36,455 nucleotides of DNA from Neovahlkampfia damariscottae (lineage: Eukaryota), in assembly GCA_016618085.1 (NCBI GenBank), contig JABLTG010000180.1, forward strand, positions 1 through 36,455, given 5' to 3'. The notes beneath the pieces were generated by a model. It made no database searches, was not told the origin of the DNA, and worked only from the letters and a program-made list of their open reading frames with translations. The position numbers were made by a program, and so were the translations under genes. Each line of letters opens with the position of its first letter. The stretch's first letter is position 1. Below are positions 35,972 through 36,455 of the stretch, one piece after another.

Positions 35972-36455
35972 TTTTTGAATGAAATCAAATCCGATAAAAT
36001 CATATAGTGTTCAATACCCATACATCATAAATTATTTGAAAAAAAAAGGATATACAAAATCCAACAACTATTGACTGAGACTTCAAATGAAATGATAAAA
36101 TTATCAGATATTGTATATAAAGACTCTGAAGAAAGATTACTGATAAGTAAGTGGGGGCTTTCCCGAATTGACATATAAAGGTTTTTTCGTTCTGGTGAGC
36201 TGAGGACATCGGTTTTCCTCTCCACATGGCCATCTTGAAATTTTTCATCAAAAAAAACTCATTTTCCCGTTTTTCAAATTCTTCAAAATTCTTCTACACC
36301 TACTTTTTCTCTTCCCATTTCTCCTCAGATTGTTAATTTTTTTATACATTTTTTTTCTTTCATAAGTTTGTAATCAGCATTTTAAGGTTATTAATTGGTT
36401 CATAAGTTGATATCATGCTCAGCGACGTAGTAGCTTTATCCAAATCAAAACATTC

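Noticed and set aside
36000..36455. Short minus-strand ORFs at the window end
   Set aside because: No recognisable motif or consistent splice model; may be the degenerate or truncated end of a gene outside the window.
1..36455. CRISPR array, rRNA or prokaryotic operon structure
   Set aside because: No regularly spaced direct repeats or rRNA-like sequence seen; genes are intron-containing and eukaryotic.

Overview
AT-rich, extremely gene-dense eukaryotic nuclear DNA using the standard genetic code, with tiny (~25-40 nt) spliceosomal introns and CCAAT boxes just upstream of most genes. A heterolobosean-type protist is my tentative guess, not established. About 24 host genes are recognisable, including RFC5, SF3B5, TFIIE-alpha, MDM12, URM1, MRE11, NAXD, acyl-CoA oxidase, WDR75, MIOS, an ABCB half-transporter, LPAAT, a PB1-fused sphingolipid synthase and a signal-peptide tandem aminopropyltransferase, plus one tRNA-Arg(ACG). 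The standout is a ~3.6-kb intron-free insert (25604-29193) located 50 bp downstream of the tRNA. It is bounded by 48-bp terminal inverted repeats (47/48 identical) and carries a frameshifted Sputnik-like virophage major capsid protein gene, a decayed fibre-like gene and two small ORFs. It looks like an endogenous, internally deleted virophage, or a TIR element carrying virophage DNA. Homology calls come from motif recognition and recalled reference sequences; no searches were run.
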